This document shows, in pieces, positions 19,998 through 29,803 of a stretch of DNA of 64,000 nucleotides. Source of the stretch: Spirochaetota bacterium (GTDB lineage: Bacteria; Spirochaetota; UBA6919; CBDBPB01). The position numbers and the translations under genes are program-made. Location of the stretch: assembly GCA_965208615.1 (NCBI GenBank), contig CBDBPB010000007.1:224001-288000 (forward strand). Direction: 5' to 3'. Numbering within the stretch: position 1 is the first letter of the stretch; each line of letters starts with the position of its first letter. A model generated the notes under the pieces. The model saw nothing but the letters and a program-made list of their open reading frames with translations, was not told where the DNA came from and ran no database searches.

Positions 19998-20705
19998 TTA
20001 GTCTATGATTTTCTTTTTTGAGAAGTCTATTATGAATGACATATACTTATTCCAGTTTTGGGGTAGGTCTTTTGATATGTTTTCATTTTTAAAGCCGAGG
20101 TTCTCTATGTATGATAAATCACCAACTGGGGTGTAATTAGATAGTGCATCACCGACTTTAGGTTTCATAATGACTTTTGTAATATGGTTTGGATTATTAT
20201 TCCATGGCCTAATCTCTAATGAGGACATCCCTTGGCATAAAGACTTCTTCATTTTGGCTGAGGCATAAGAAAATGACGTTATACCAGGGATAACTAATGT
20301 ATTACTATATAGTTCTGGATCAACATCTTTTAGGTATTCTAATAAATAATATACTCTGCTAAATATTGCAGAATCACCTAAGGTTACGTAGGCGAGGCAC
20401 TCATAACGTAAAAAGCCTGTTAATAGTTCATTAAGTTGAGCCTTCCACAGGGATTTATCATATTTCATGGGGGATGGTATACCCTTTAGGATAGGGAAGT
20501 CAGTCTTTTTTATTAATATATCATTATTATCAAAAAACATAGTTTTTATGGACATTATAATCTTATATGCCCTTGAGTCTTTTATGTTATCTCTAACGGG
20601 TATGTATATGGCCTCTGAGGCTAATAAATATTTAATTGCCTTCCAAGTTAATAGTTCAGGATCACCAGGTCCTAAGGATATTATATATAGTTTTTTTTTT
20701 GTCAT
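19998..20705 (-). CDS. cbiL: (Cobalt-)precorrin-2 C20-methyltransferase
   Basis: SLGPGDPELLTWKA, YVTLGDSAIFS and VIPGITSF. Confidence 0.85.
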   Translation of the reverse strand: MTKKKLYIISLGPGDPELLTWKAIKYLLASEAIYIPVRDNIKDSRAYKIIMSIKTMFFDNNDILIKKTDFPILKGIPSPMKYDKSLWKAQLNELLTGFLRYECLAYVTLGDSAIFSRVYYLLEYLKDVDPELYSNTLVIPGITSFSYASAKMKKSLCQGMSSLEIRPWNNNPNHITKVIMKPKVGDALSNYTPVGDLSYIENLGFKNENISKDLPQNWNKYMSFIIDFSKKKIID

Positions 20706-20707
20706 GT

Positions 20708-21541
20708 TTATAGTGTTCCCATTTTTATTTTAAGTTCATCTATAAGGTTTTTTATGGTTTCTTTGACGATATCCAAGTCTAACAGGTTAAAGGGACAGTT
20801 ATCCACTTCGGCTATTAATACGTTAAAGTTTTTGGATAGGCTGTTTTCAATCTTTTTGACGTCTTTGATAAAGTGATTACCGCTTGTGAGTAATAACGGC
20901 ACTATTTTTATGGATAGCTTTTTCTTATGTACTGACTCAGCTCTTTTTACGGAGTCTATAATGGAGTCTTTTAACAAGCTAAAGTTATATATCTTTTCTA
21001 GTGAGCTAAAGAGGTTAAGTGGATTAAGTGTTGTTAAAAAGTCTTTTGCGTAGAAAACTGATTGGATACCAGATTGCTCAAAATATGGTGCACCGTGGAC
21101 TAAATATAATATTACGTCATTATAGTTTTTCCGTACATATTGGTTAATATGGTATAATATACGGCTTGTCTCATCTCCTCTTGATAAGATTGCTGGACTA
21201 AAGCGTATATCGGCTGGTGAGAATATATTAAAACCCTTAACGGTATTTTTTATTAACTCGTGTTCGTCAGTGGGGAATAGGTTTATGGAGGATGCTATTA
21301 TACGTTTATATCCTTGAAGTTCTACATCAGAGAGGGTTTGGCTTAGGTTTTTATATATAATACCTTTAGTTTTCAGGTTATTTAACACCGACCTCGACGA
21401 AAATGCCAAATGTACTGGTATATTAGTATTATTATTTTCTATATATTCTTTTAGGCTTTCGTATTTAGCCTTTTGAGGTATTGATCCAAAGGCAGATAAT
21501 ATAATTGCCGTATCTTTTTTATAATGTCTCCATCTTTTCAT
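20708..21541 (-). CDS. cbiK: Sirohydrochlorin cobaltochelatase (CbiK type)
   Basis: LSAFGS, LAFSSRSV, and the two catalytic-type His residues in LVHG and SGNHFIKD. Probable start is MKRWRH at 21541. Confidence 0.8.
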   Translation of the reverse strand: MKRWRHYKKDTAIILSAFGSIPQKAKYESLKEYIENNNTNIPVHLAFSSRSVLNNLKTKGIIYKNLSQTLSDVELQGYKRIIASSINLFPTDEHELIKNTVKGFNIFSPADIRFSPAILSRGDETSRILYHINQYVRKNYNDVILYLVHGAPYFEQSGIQSVFYAKDFLTTLNPLNLFSSLEKIYNFSLLKDSIIDSVKRAESVHKKKLSIKIVPLLLTSGNHFIKDVKKIENSLSKNFNVLIAEVDNCPFNLLDLDIVKETIKNLIDELKIKMGTL

Positions 21542-21616
21542 ATTGTCTATTCTTATTTTGTGAGTATAGGTTTGTACCCACCAATAGATAGGTACAAACA
21601 AAAACTATAATATATT

Positions 21617-22300
21617 TTATATAGAATCTGGACTATAGAGTCTTTTTTCAACGAATAGGCTGTCTTTTAAAGGGTTTAAGGTTTTTGCAAGGGCTAAAAC
21701 TCCTAAGTCTAAAAGTGGTTCTATTAGTATAACAGCTAGATATACGCTTCCAAAGGATAATACCTGAGCAGTATTGGCTATAGTAAAGCCTTGACCATAG
21801 AATGCCCAAAACATTACCCAAGCAACTATACCACCTTGATAAGCTATAGATAGTTTTAATACCTGTGAATATTTAAGATCTTTATAGGCTATGTTTTTGG
21901 GGATAACTTTTTTGGCTAATAGGTTCATTACAAAGAGCGGCATTAATAGCGTTGTTATATTGACAAAATACATTGCTAGATCAGTTTGTGAGAACAGGAC
22001 TCCCTGACATAACAGTCCAATAGCTAAGCCCAGTGAGGCGGCTGATACACCAAATAATAAGAATAACGTTGAGCCGAATATAAAGTGTACCTCTGACACG
22101 CCAACAGGAAAGTGTGGGAATACTTGAAAGAAAATAAATACTAATATACTAGTTAATATGGTTTTTAGCCCTAAGGATAAATAACCAGTCTTTTTAATTT
22201 CATTAACGGTTAGTTTTGCGGTAATAGCCAAAGACGTTATTGCTGTACCATAGCTTAATGCTAATTTAGCTCCTTGAACAACTCCTGGTTCAATGTGCAT
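21617..22300 (-). CDS. cbiM: ECF cobalt transporter S component CbiM
   Basis: MHIEPG metal-binding N-terminus, GVSEVHFIFG and multiple TM helices; has its own RBS (AAGGAG). Confidence 0.9.
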   Translation of the reverse strand: MHIEPGVVQGAKLALSYGTAITSLAITAKLTVNEIKKTGYLSLGLKTILTSILVFIFFQVFPHFPVGVSEVHFIFGSTLFLLFGVSAASLGLAIGLLCQGVLFSQTDLAMYFVNITTLLMPLFVMNLLAKKVIPKNIAYKDLKYSQVLKLSIAYQGGIVAWVMFWAFYGQGFTIANTAQVLSFGSVYLAVILIEPLLDLGVLALAKTLNPLKDSLFVEKRLYSPDSI

Positions 22301-22333
22301 AATAAACTCCTTTATAAAAGTTTTATTAAAGTA

Positions 22334-22390
22334 TTAAGGAAGTCTGACAAAGCTTTTGTATAGGTTATTAATTTGATAAGGTTTTGTCAT
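22334..22390 (-). CDS. Putative 18-aa leader peptide MTKPYQINNLYKSFVRLP
   Basis: Perfect AAGGAGG (22398-22404) 7 nt before the ATG at 22390; TAA at 22336-22334; ends 33 nt before the cbiM ATG. Confidence 0.55.
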   Translation of the reverse strand: MTKPYQINNLYKSFVRLP

Positions 22391-22397
22391 AATAGTA

Positions 22398-22508
22398 CCT
22401 CCTTTTACGGGAAAGAGATCTCTACTTAAGTATAATATACTGTGTTCCTGACTCTAACAGTTACCCGATAGTGGAGGATTCTCACCTCACTTCCACAATG
22501 TATTATAT
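22398..22508 (-). ncRNA. Compact (class II / AdoCbl-variant-like) cobalamin riboswitch
   Basis: The minus strand reads UGUGGAAGU-GAGG-UGAGAAU-CCUC-CACUAUCGGGUAACUGUUAGAGUCAGGAACACA, followed by hairpin CUCUUU-CCCGUAA-AAGGAG. Loop CGGG/CCCG kissing complementarity; sits upstream of cbiM. Confidence 0.85.
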
Positions 22509-22613
22509 TAAACAGGTTAGAATAGCAAATATATTATAAAAATATATAAAAGACAATATTTATTAAGTTTTTTTATTAATATTACTTTTAGCGAATATGT
22601 TAAATAGGCAATT

Positions 22614-23930
22614 ATGATAAAAGGTTTTATTATATCCGCAATATCGTCCAAACAGGGAAAGACACTAATAACCATGTCTTTGATGAATAAGCTAAATGCT
22701 CAATTTAAGGTATCCCCGTTTAAAAGTGGACCTGATCATATAGATACCCAATTTCATAAAAAGCTTTTGGATAAGCCATCGGTCAATCTTGATTTATTTA
22801 TGATGACTAAAACCCAGACTAAGTGGATATTTAACAACTACGCAAAAGAACTATCCATAATAGAAGGGGCTATGGGCTATTACGACGGCATAGATAAAAA
22901 AACATCCACTTATGATATTGCTAATACCATAAATCTACCCACTGTATTAGTTATATCGGCTGAGGGGTCTTATTCAACGTTATCCGCTGTGATATTGGGT
23001 ATGCTAAGCTATAAAACGGATAATACAATAAAAGGTATTATATTTAATCATGTATCCTCAGAAAGCCATTATCAACTAATAGTTAAGCAGGTTAATAAGG
23101 ATCACCCTAATATTGAGTGTCTTGGATGGGTTAAAAAGGATATAATTAATCTTAAATCGAGGCACCTTGGTTTGGACTTATCCCAATTAAACAGGCTTAA
23201 GCTTTGTGAGATGTCAGATGAGGTTTGTAAGAATATTAATATTCAAAAGCTAATTAGACTTATAAATGATAATAAGCTTACTAGAACTAATATTGACTAT
23301 CCCTTTGATAATACAAGCCTAAAAGAAAAACAGCTAACCATAATAAGTGATAGTGGTTTTTCCTTTTTGTACCACGATAATATGGAATATTTAAAAGGCA
23401 TATTTAAAAATGTTAATATAATATCCGCTCTTGATGATAATATTATACCAAAGGATAGCGATGTTGTATACATCCCTGGTGGATACGTTGAAACAGAGGA
23501 TGTATATCATAAGTTAGCTAAGGCCAATAAGTTTAAAAATAGTCTAATTGATATTTCTAGTGATAAAAAGAAAAGAGTATATGCAGAGTGCGCTGGACTA
23601 ATATATTTGGGTAATAGGTTAACGTTGTTATCCGAGGTTAGTGTTAGTATGTCTGGTATTATGCCTATGAGCTTTAGGATGAGGGTTAATAGACAGCGTC
23701 TTGGATATTATTATGCAAAAGACTTAAAGTTTAATAATATATATAAGGGACATGCTTTTCACTATAGTGAGCCTATTAGTGAGGCTAACCCAATATGGGG
23801 CTTGTCAAAGAGTATAGACTCAAAAGCTATAATGGGAGCATGGATAAGTCAAAATGTATGTGGAACGTATTTACATACTATGTTTAGGGCTAACCCTAAG
23901 ATTATAGACTTGTATTTTAATACGAATTAA
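22614..23930 (+). CDS. cbiA: Cobyrinate a,c-diamide synthase
   Basis: QGKT P-loop, FKSGPDHID, IEGAMGYYDG, SRHLGL, and glutaminase motifs YAECAG and GHAFHYS. Confidence 0.92.
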   Translation: MIKGFIISAISSKQGKTLITMSLMNKLNAQFKVSPFKSGPDHIDTQFHKKLLDKPSVNLDLFMMTKTQTKWIFNNYAKELSIIEGAMGYYDGIDKKTSTYDIANTINLPTVLVISAEGSYSTLSAVILGMLSYKTDNTIKGIIFNHVSSESHYQLIVKQVNKDHPNIECLGWVKKDIINLKSRHLGLDLSQLNRLKLCEMSDEVCKNINIQKLIRLINDNKLTRTNIDYPFDNTSLKEKQLTIISDSGFSFLYHDNMEYLKGIFKNVNIISALDDNIIPKDSDVVYIPGGYVETEDVYHKLAKANKFKNSLIDISSDKKKRVYAECAGLIYLGNRLTLLSEVSVSMSGIMPMSFRMRVNRQRLGYYYAKDLKFNNIYKGHAFHYSEPISEANPIWGLSKSIDSKAIMGAWISQNVCGTYLHTMFRANPKIIDLYFNTN

Positions 23931-23945
23931 TTATTTGGTGGACAA

Positions 23946-24632
23946 ATGAAGATAAAAAACTTTTATATTAAAAAGCCGTTAATCATTAATGCCGGTGATA
24001 TTGAAAAGCTATCCCTTAAGGCGGTTGAAGATAAGTGTATTAGTTTTAAACGGTTTAATGGTTTTGACAAAATGCAAAAAGAAGTTGTTAAACGGCTAAT
24101 ACATAGTACAACTTGCTTTGATAGGGTTATTAACAATATATACTTTACTGATAATGCTATAACCAGTATTATAGGGCATATTAAGGACTCAGCCAGTATA
24201 ATTGTTGATACTAATATGATTAAATCTGGTCTTAGTAGTTATTATACGGATAAATATAATAATGAGGTTATATGTCATGTATCCGATGATGACATAAAGG
24301 CTGAGGCAGGCCAAAAGGGTCTAACTAGGAGCTATTTAGCTGTACAGAAAGCTCTTAAGGATAATTATAATAAAAAGGTGATATTAGCTTGCGGTAATGC
24401 ACCGACTTTTTTATACTCAGCTGTTGAGGCTTTACTAAAAAACGATTGGGATTTATCCAAAGTAATTATATTGGCTTTCCCGGTGGGCTTTGTTAATGTG
24501 GTAGAGAGCAAAGAGTATACTAAAGACTTTTTAAGTTATTTTAATATGGATGGTATTATATTAGAGGGTAGTTTTGGCTCATCCCCGTTGGTGATTGCCT
24601 GTTTGCATGCCGTATATAGACAGATAGCTTAA
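23946..24632 (+). CDS. cbiC: (Cobalt-)precorrin-8 methylmutase
   Basis: RLIHST, GNAPTFL, PVGFVNVVESKE and GSS motifs. Confidence 0.9.
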   Translation: MKIKNFYIKKPLIINAGDIEKLSLKAVEDKCISFKRFNGFDKMQKEVVKRLIHSTTCFDRVINNIYFTDNAITSIIGHIKDSASIIVDTNMIKSGLSSYYTDKYNNEVICHVSDDDIKAEAGQKGLTRSYLAVQKALKDNYNKKVILACGNAPTFLYSAVEALLKNDWDLSKVIILAFPVGFVNVVESKEYTKDFLSYFNMDGIILEGSFGSSPLVIACLHAVYRQIA

Positions 24633-25592
24633 CTATATTAGGTTAAAGAGCTTTTTTATTTTATTATTTTTTATTAGGTCATTTAGCTTTTCAACCATGA
24701 TAAGATAGTCATCCATGTTTTTTATTTTGACATATACATTTATACTTTCGTCTTCTAGGTGTTTATCTATTTTAATTTTAAATCTTGGAGGCAGGGATAA
24801 ATCTTTTATATGTTCTTTAATTTTGTTTATTTCTTTGGTATACAGCGGATAACGCATAATAGACAGCTTATCAAAAAAGGCTTTCTGACGGATATTAACA
24901 CTTTGTGAGTCAAATATAATACTGGATAAGCTATCTAGAACATCATAAGGTATTTTGTTATCCCGTTTGGATAGGTATTTTATATTATCCATCATGAGCC
25001 TAACCTTGCTGTTGGACAAGTTAAGCTCGTTTATAATTGTGTAGATGTAGTCCTGTTCTTTGATAGAGAAACAACTAAACTCATAAGCCAGACTAAGGGG
25101 GATATTATAATTTAGCAAATAAGTTTTTATATTAGCCGATAAGTTATTTAGGCTTAGGAACAGCTTTAGCAACTTGATACTGGGGTTTTCCTTTATGAGA
25201 GGGAGGTATACATTTACTATTTCTTCCTGGCTGAGCTTAAATGTATTAGTAAGTTTATTTAGGATATTATATTTTTCAATAACGTTAAGCCTTGCATAAA
25301 GTTGACCGTATAAGACAGCGTATACAAAGCAGTCCAGCATAGAGCTACCGTCTAATATGAAGGAGTCTGCGTATAGGACTTTATTATTTTTGAGAGCTTG
25401 TATTTGTTCACTACCCCAAACCAGCCTATAGCTATTTAATTTTATTCTCTCCAGCAAAATGGGAGTATAAAGTTTATGATGGTTAAACTCCAAAACACTA
25501 TTCTTATTGGAAAACGAATATAGGTATAGATCATTTTTTATGTTGATATTCTTGATTAGGATTTTATCAAATATTTTATTAATCATAAGCAC
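24633..25592 (-). CDS. Degenerate ParB/Spo0J-like domain protein
   Basis: PILL...YRLVWG and LNVIEK resemble the ParB N-domain and following helix; the Arg-rich GxxRxxA box is not intact. Confidence 0.45.
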   Translation of the reverse strand: MLMINKIFDKILIKNINIKNDLYLYSFSNKNSVLEFNHHKLYTPILLERIKLNSYRLVWGSEQIQALKNNKVLYADSFILDGSSMLDCFVYAVLYGQLYARLNVIEKYNILNKLTNTFKLSQEEIVNVYLPLIKENPSIKLLKLFLSLNNLSANIKTYLLNYNIPLSLAYEFSCFSIKEQDYIYTIINELNLSNSKVRLMMDNIKYLSKRDNKIPYDVLDSLSSIIFDSQSVNIRQKAFFDKLSIMRYPLYTKEINKIKEHIKDLSLPPRFKIKIDKHLEDESINVYVKIKNMDDYLIMVEKLNDLIKNNKIKKLFNLI

Positions 25593-25691
25593 TCCGACGA
25601 TAACTAATATTTTGATAGAATAACAATAATTTTGATATTTTAAACTATTTTGTTATTTTTTTATAATTCCACACCATATCATGGGGATATA

Positions 25692-26300
25692 ATGCATAAC
25701 TTACTGCTTTTTAATAAGATAGCCCTTATATTGTATAGTAGTTATAGGGCTATTATAGTTGTTATACTTTTGGTTATTAGCCAGTGTAGTCTTTATAATC
25801 TTGCTACTGAGGAAGATGGATTTAACGAAAATGATAGGCCTAATATAAATGAGGGTATAGCTGTTTTCATTTTTAGGAGTGCTAATAAGGCACCTTTACC
25901 TAGTGAGGTATTCTTTCGACTAAGAAAGCAAAATGACAAAAATTATCATTTTGTTTTATCAGCTTTTATACCTAGAAAAGAGGTCAGTCGTTATATCTTT
26001 TTAAGAAAGGGTATTTATTCCTTTGCTAAAATGGTATACAAGTTTAACGGCCATACAGAGGACTTTTATTTTCCTAGTAATACATTTCATATTAGCTCAT
26101 CCCACATAAACTATATTGGGGATATTATTTTTGAATACAATAGAGGTAAAGTTAGTGTAAGGCTAAGGGATAACATGAATAAGAGTATGTATGACTTTTA
26201 TAAAAGGTATAAACAAATAACTTTGATGTATCCCAAGCGGAAGAGTCTTCTTATGCTGTTTAGCCTTGATAAGCAGTTAAAGAATCTTTATAAAAGATAG
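25692..26300 (+). CDS. Hypothetical exported protein/lipoprotein
   Basis: Hydrophobic stretch ending ISQC; INYIGDI motif. The ATG at 25692 follows ggggat. Confidence 0.6.
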   Translation: MHNLLLFNKIALILYSSYRAIIVVILLVISQCSLYNLATEEDGFNENDRPNINEGIAVFIFRSANKAPLPSEVFFRLRKQNDKNYHFVLSAFIPRKEVSRYIFLRKGIYSFAKMVYKFNGHTEDFYFPSNTFHISSSHINYIGDIIFEYNRGKVSVRLRDNMNKSMYDFYKRYKQITLMYPKRKSLLMLFSLDKQLKNLYKR

Positions 26301-26306
26301 ATTTTA

Positions 26307-27161
26307 TTAATATGGTTTTATACTTTCGGCCAAAAAGAAGTTATAATTAAGATGATCTAGTTTATTTTTAGCCTTTTTTGCAAGAGTCATTGACTCAAAA
26401 AGTCCAAATACAGATGATCCGCTACCAGACATTAGACTAGCCTTTGCACCATTTTTAGTTAACATAGTTTTAATTTCTTTTATAGTCGGATTAAGTTTAA
26501 TTTGGCTTTCTTCGAACTTGTTATACATAGAGTTAGCGATTTTATCCATGTCTTTTTGCTTAAGAGCGTCTATAATATCGTTTATTTTGTTTTTAGGGCT
26601 GGATAAGTCTATATTATCATAAGCCGTTTTGGTGGACGTATTAATTTTTGGATATACAACTAAAAAAAACAAAGGACAATTCAAATTATCGAGGTATGTT
26701 AGCTTATCACCAATGCCCTGTCCTCTTGCAGTAGCACCTTTTATAAAGAATGGCACATCCGCACCGATTTTACTTGCCATTTTAGTTAGCTGATCATTAG
26801 TTATCCCTAAGCTAAAAAAGTTATTTATTCCGATAAGGGTAGTAGCCGCATTAGAGCTTCCACCAGCGAGTCCCGCACCCATTGGGATTACTTTTTTAAG
26901 GGTTATTTTAAGTCCGCTATTAAGAGGGTGGATATAGGGTCTTAATAGGTTAATAGCTTTCCAGATAACGTTAGTATTGGATTCGAGTTCTTTAATATTG
27001 CTAACAATAGTAAAGTCGGAGCTTTTTTCAAATGTTATACTATCACAAAGGCTTATAGCCTGAAAAATGGTATCTATATTATGATAGCCATCATCCCTAA
27101 GGCTTATTATGTCTAAGTATAGGTTTATCTTGCAATAAGACTTTAATATCACTAATACCAA
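26307..27161 (-). CDS. ispE: 4-diphosphocytidyl-2-C-methyl-D-erythritol kinase
   Basis: KINLYLDI...DGYH, IPMGAGLAGGSSNAA, GADVPFF and MSGSGS. Confidence 0.96.
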   Translation of the reverse strand: MVLVILKSYCKINLYLDIISLRDDGYHNIDTIFQAISLCDSITFEKSSDFTIVSNIKELESNTNVIWKAINLLRPYIHPLNSGLKITLKKVIPMGAGLAGGSSNAATTLIGINNFFSLGITNDQLTKMASKIGADVPFFIKGATARGQGIGDKLTYLDNLNCPLFFLVVYPKINTSTKTAYDNIDLSSPKNKINDIIDALKQKDMDKIANSMYNKFEESQIKLNPTIKEIKTMLTKNGAKASLMSGSGSSVFGLFESMTLAKKAKNKLDHLNYNFFLAESIKPY

Positions 27162-27892
27162 ACCTTATTTAAATATAAACCGCAGGATGGAGCAGTAAAG
27201 TAGTTATGTAGTCTACTTTTAAGGTTTAGTATTCTAATGACCTCAGTGATAGGGCGGTTTTTTAAATTAACGTCTATTATTATGCCTATTATCATCCTAA
27301 CCATTTTTCGTAAAAATGCGTTAGCTTGTATTAATATGGTTATTTCTTTATTATTTTGCTCTACTTTTGTATTATGGATAGTTCTAATTTTGTTTTTGGA
27401 TTCATCATTAACCGAAGAAAAACTGGTAAAATCATGTTCACCTTCTAAGAGTTTTAGTGCCAAGCTTATTTTATCAGCATACAGCTTTTTTTTTTGTAAG
27501 TAAACGTAGTTTTTTATAAAAGGCGGACAAACAATATCGTTATAAATTATGTATTTGTATTCTCTTTTTAGGGCAGAAAATCTTGAGTGAAAATCTAAGG
27601 ATGTCTCTTCGCATTTGAATATTCTAATATCTTTTGGTAAAAAGGAATTAAGGGCATAAAAAAGATTTGTACATTGTATTTTTGAGGTTGTTTTAAAGTT
27701 AGCCACCTGACCTATGGCATGTACTCCACTATCGGTTCTTCCAGAGCAGATTAGGTTTATTTTTTCATTTGTGATGGCGGATAACCTTAACTCTATCTCA
27801 TCTTGTATGGTTATTGCATTTTTTTGTCTTTGCCATCCTGAATATTTGGTTCCGTCATACTGTATGAGGAGTTTTATATTACGCATTATCAA
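27152..27892 (-). CDS. truA: tRNA pseudouridine(38-40) synthase
   Basis: YDGTKYSGWQ, SGRTDSGVHA and FLRKMVR. Confidence 0.96.
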   Translation of the reverse strand: MIMRNIKLLIQYDGTKYSGWQRQKNAITIQDEIELRLSAITNEKINLICSGRTDSGVHAIGQVANFKTTSKIQCTNLFYALNSFLPKDIRIFKCEETSLDFHSRFSALKREYKYIIYNDIVCPPFIKNYVYLQKKKLYADKISLALKLLEGEHDFTSFSSVNDESKNKIRTIHNTKVEQNNKEITILIQANAFLRKMVRMIIGIIIDVNLKNRPITEVIRILNLKSRLHNYFTAPSCGLYLNKVWY

Positions 27893-28748
27893 TATTTAGT
27901 TCTTTTAGTTTATCATTAATCTCTCTAAACAGCTTTCTTGAGAGTTCTAATATTGCAGAGGGTTTTTCTTTACTGGCTTTGCCTGAACCAAACAGTCTAC
28001 TAACTATTCTTTTTGACTTAATAAACTCTTCCGCCTGTTTTTCTTGTTCTTTATAGAATATAATTTTAAAGTTTAATAAGCTCGCTAAATATAGCATACC
28101 ATCATATCCAAAATTATTATCGGTATCCGGGCCGTAGGTTTTTATATTATCAAGAAGCTCTTTTCCAGTTTGTGAAAAGTCAACAGCTTGATTGTATAGA
28201 TAGGCCGCTTTACTATAGAACATTTTTTTAATATAGTTATATTTATCATCACCGGTTTTGATGAATAGATCATTTGCTATCCATGCCACTCTCAACGAGG
28301 ATAGCCCGCACTTAAAAGAAGGAGCATGCTTTTTACTAAAAAAGGAATAGCAACTAGAAGATAGTATATAACTTAATAAACCATGTTTTAATGTTCTACT
28401 GTCATTAAAGTCTATATTGGGGAATAGGTTATAGACTAAATTTTCTCTATTATTTCGGTCATTAAAGATATTGCTCTTGATATCTTTAATTGGAATATCA
28501 AAGTCTTCTGGAAAAGCAGAATAATAACACTCAGGACAAACAATTACTGGGTATATTAGTGGATATATTATTCCATATTTTTTATTTTTTTGATAACTTC
28601 TTCTAAGTTCATTATCTAGGTTTCCTGCAATTAGCCTTCCTCTTCCGGTAAATAGTTCTTCTTTATTAAATTGACATTTGCATATTGGACATTCAGTTGC
28701 CTTTTTTTGTCTAAAAGTAATTTTAATATTTTTATCTTCTAATTCCAT
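27879..28748 (-). CDS. DUF2225 family protein (two CxxC motifs plus helical repeats)
   Basis: CPIC...GRGRLIAG and VCPECYY; position next to truA. Confidence 0.8.
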   Translation of the reverse strand: MELEDKNIKITFRQKKATECPICKCQFNKEELFTGRGRLIAGNLDNELRRSYQKNKKYGIIYPLIYPVIVCPECYYSAFPEDFDIPIKDIKSNIFNDRNNRENLVYNLFPNIDFNDSRTLKHGLLSYILSSSCYSFFSKKHAPSFKCGLSSLRVAWIANDLFIKTGDDKYNYIKKMFYSKAAYLYNQAVDFSQTGKELLDNIKTYGPDTDNNFGYDGMLYLASLLNFKIIFYKEQEKQAEEFIKSKRIVSRLFGSGKASKEKPSAILELSRKLFREINDKLKELNIDNA

Positions 28749-28855
28749 AATACACTTCTGTGATATAAATATTTATTATTTTATGTTTTCAAGTGAGTTA
28801 ACACTTGTTATTGCATTACTACTAAGGTTTTGATTAATTATACATCAATTTATTA

Positions 28856-29803
28856 TTAACGAGTTCTTGATCGTCTAAGGGTAATTTTAATTATTTTTGG
28901 TTTAAAGTCAATAATCTCTAGCTTATCTATATCCTGTGGTACTACCTTAAGCTTATAAGTACCCGGTTTATATATTTTTCCCATATCAATATATGCAATA
29001 ATTTGTTTTTTATCAACTTTATTAATATATTTTCCCTGACCCTTATATATAATATAATCAAGCCTAATATTTTTTTTAGTTGTTTCTAATGGCACAAAAC
29101 TACTATTTATAAGTATAACTTTAACATTGTTAATCCGTAACTCTTTTTTATCACCGCCTATTATTACGTTAACCATAATATAATCTGCATTTTTTATTTT
29201 AACATTTTTGGGTAATGGCTTAAATCTTATTTTTCCTTTAAAGTCTTGATGAACCTCTTTTTTTAATAATAGTATAGTATCGACTTTTTTGATTTTGCTA
29301 ATATCCTTTTCAGGACCTCTAATAATAACCTCAGTGGGAGAGTATTTTATTTTAGTGATCTCAAACATTTTTTTAGTGGTAATATTATGTATTAGTTTAA
29401 CAGGTACAGTTTTTTCGATAATTGGCTGAAAATAAATAGTAACCTGTTTTTCATTTGGTATAACGTTAACATCGGTATGTATTTTTTTAATTTCTATGTC
29501 GTATGAATATGTTCCTGGTTTAGCCTCACTAAGGTCAACGTAACAATCAATATCTTGGCTACTTATGGTATTAACAACATCTCTTTTACCTTTTACCTCA
29601 ACTTCTATAATTTTATTGTTAAAGTTAAAATCGCTATAAATATTTTGTGGCTTATTCCTAAAGTCTACTTCTAGTGTAATATGTCTACTTTTTTTATTTA
29701 GGTCATCTACATAAAGCCATAGTCCGATGGCAATAGCGAGTGAGAATAATCTTAAAAACCATTTAGAATATTGACTATTTTTAAACATCTTAGCTTTTCT
29801 CAC
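28856..29803 (-). CDS. cdaR: YbbR-repeat regulator of diadenylate cyclase
   Basis: N-terminal TM helix SLAIAIGLWLYV, repeated V..G...VDL...G YbbR units; directly downstream of cdaA. Confidence 0.85.
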   Translation of the reverse strand: MRKAKMFKNSQYSKWFLRLFSLAIAIGLWLYVDDLNKKSRHITLEVDFRNKPQNIYSDFNFNNKIIEVEVKGKRDVVNTISSQDIDCYVDLSEAKPGTYSYDIEIKKIHTDVNVIPNEKQVTIYFQPIIEKTVPVKLIHNITTKKMFEITKIKYSPTEVIIRGPEKDISKIKKVDTILLLKKEVHQDFKGKIRFKPLPKNVKIKNADYIMVNVIIGGDKKELRINNVKVILINSSFVPLETTKKNIRLDYIIYKGQGKYINKVDKKQIIAYIDMGKIYKPGTYKLKVVPQDIDKLEIIDFKPKIIKITLRRSRTR

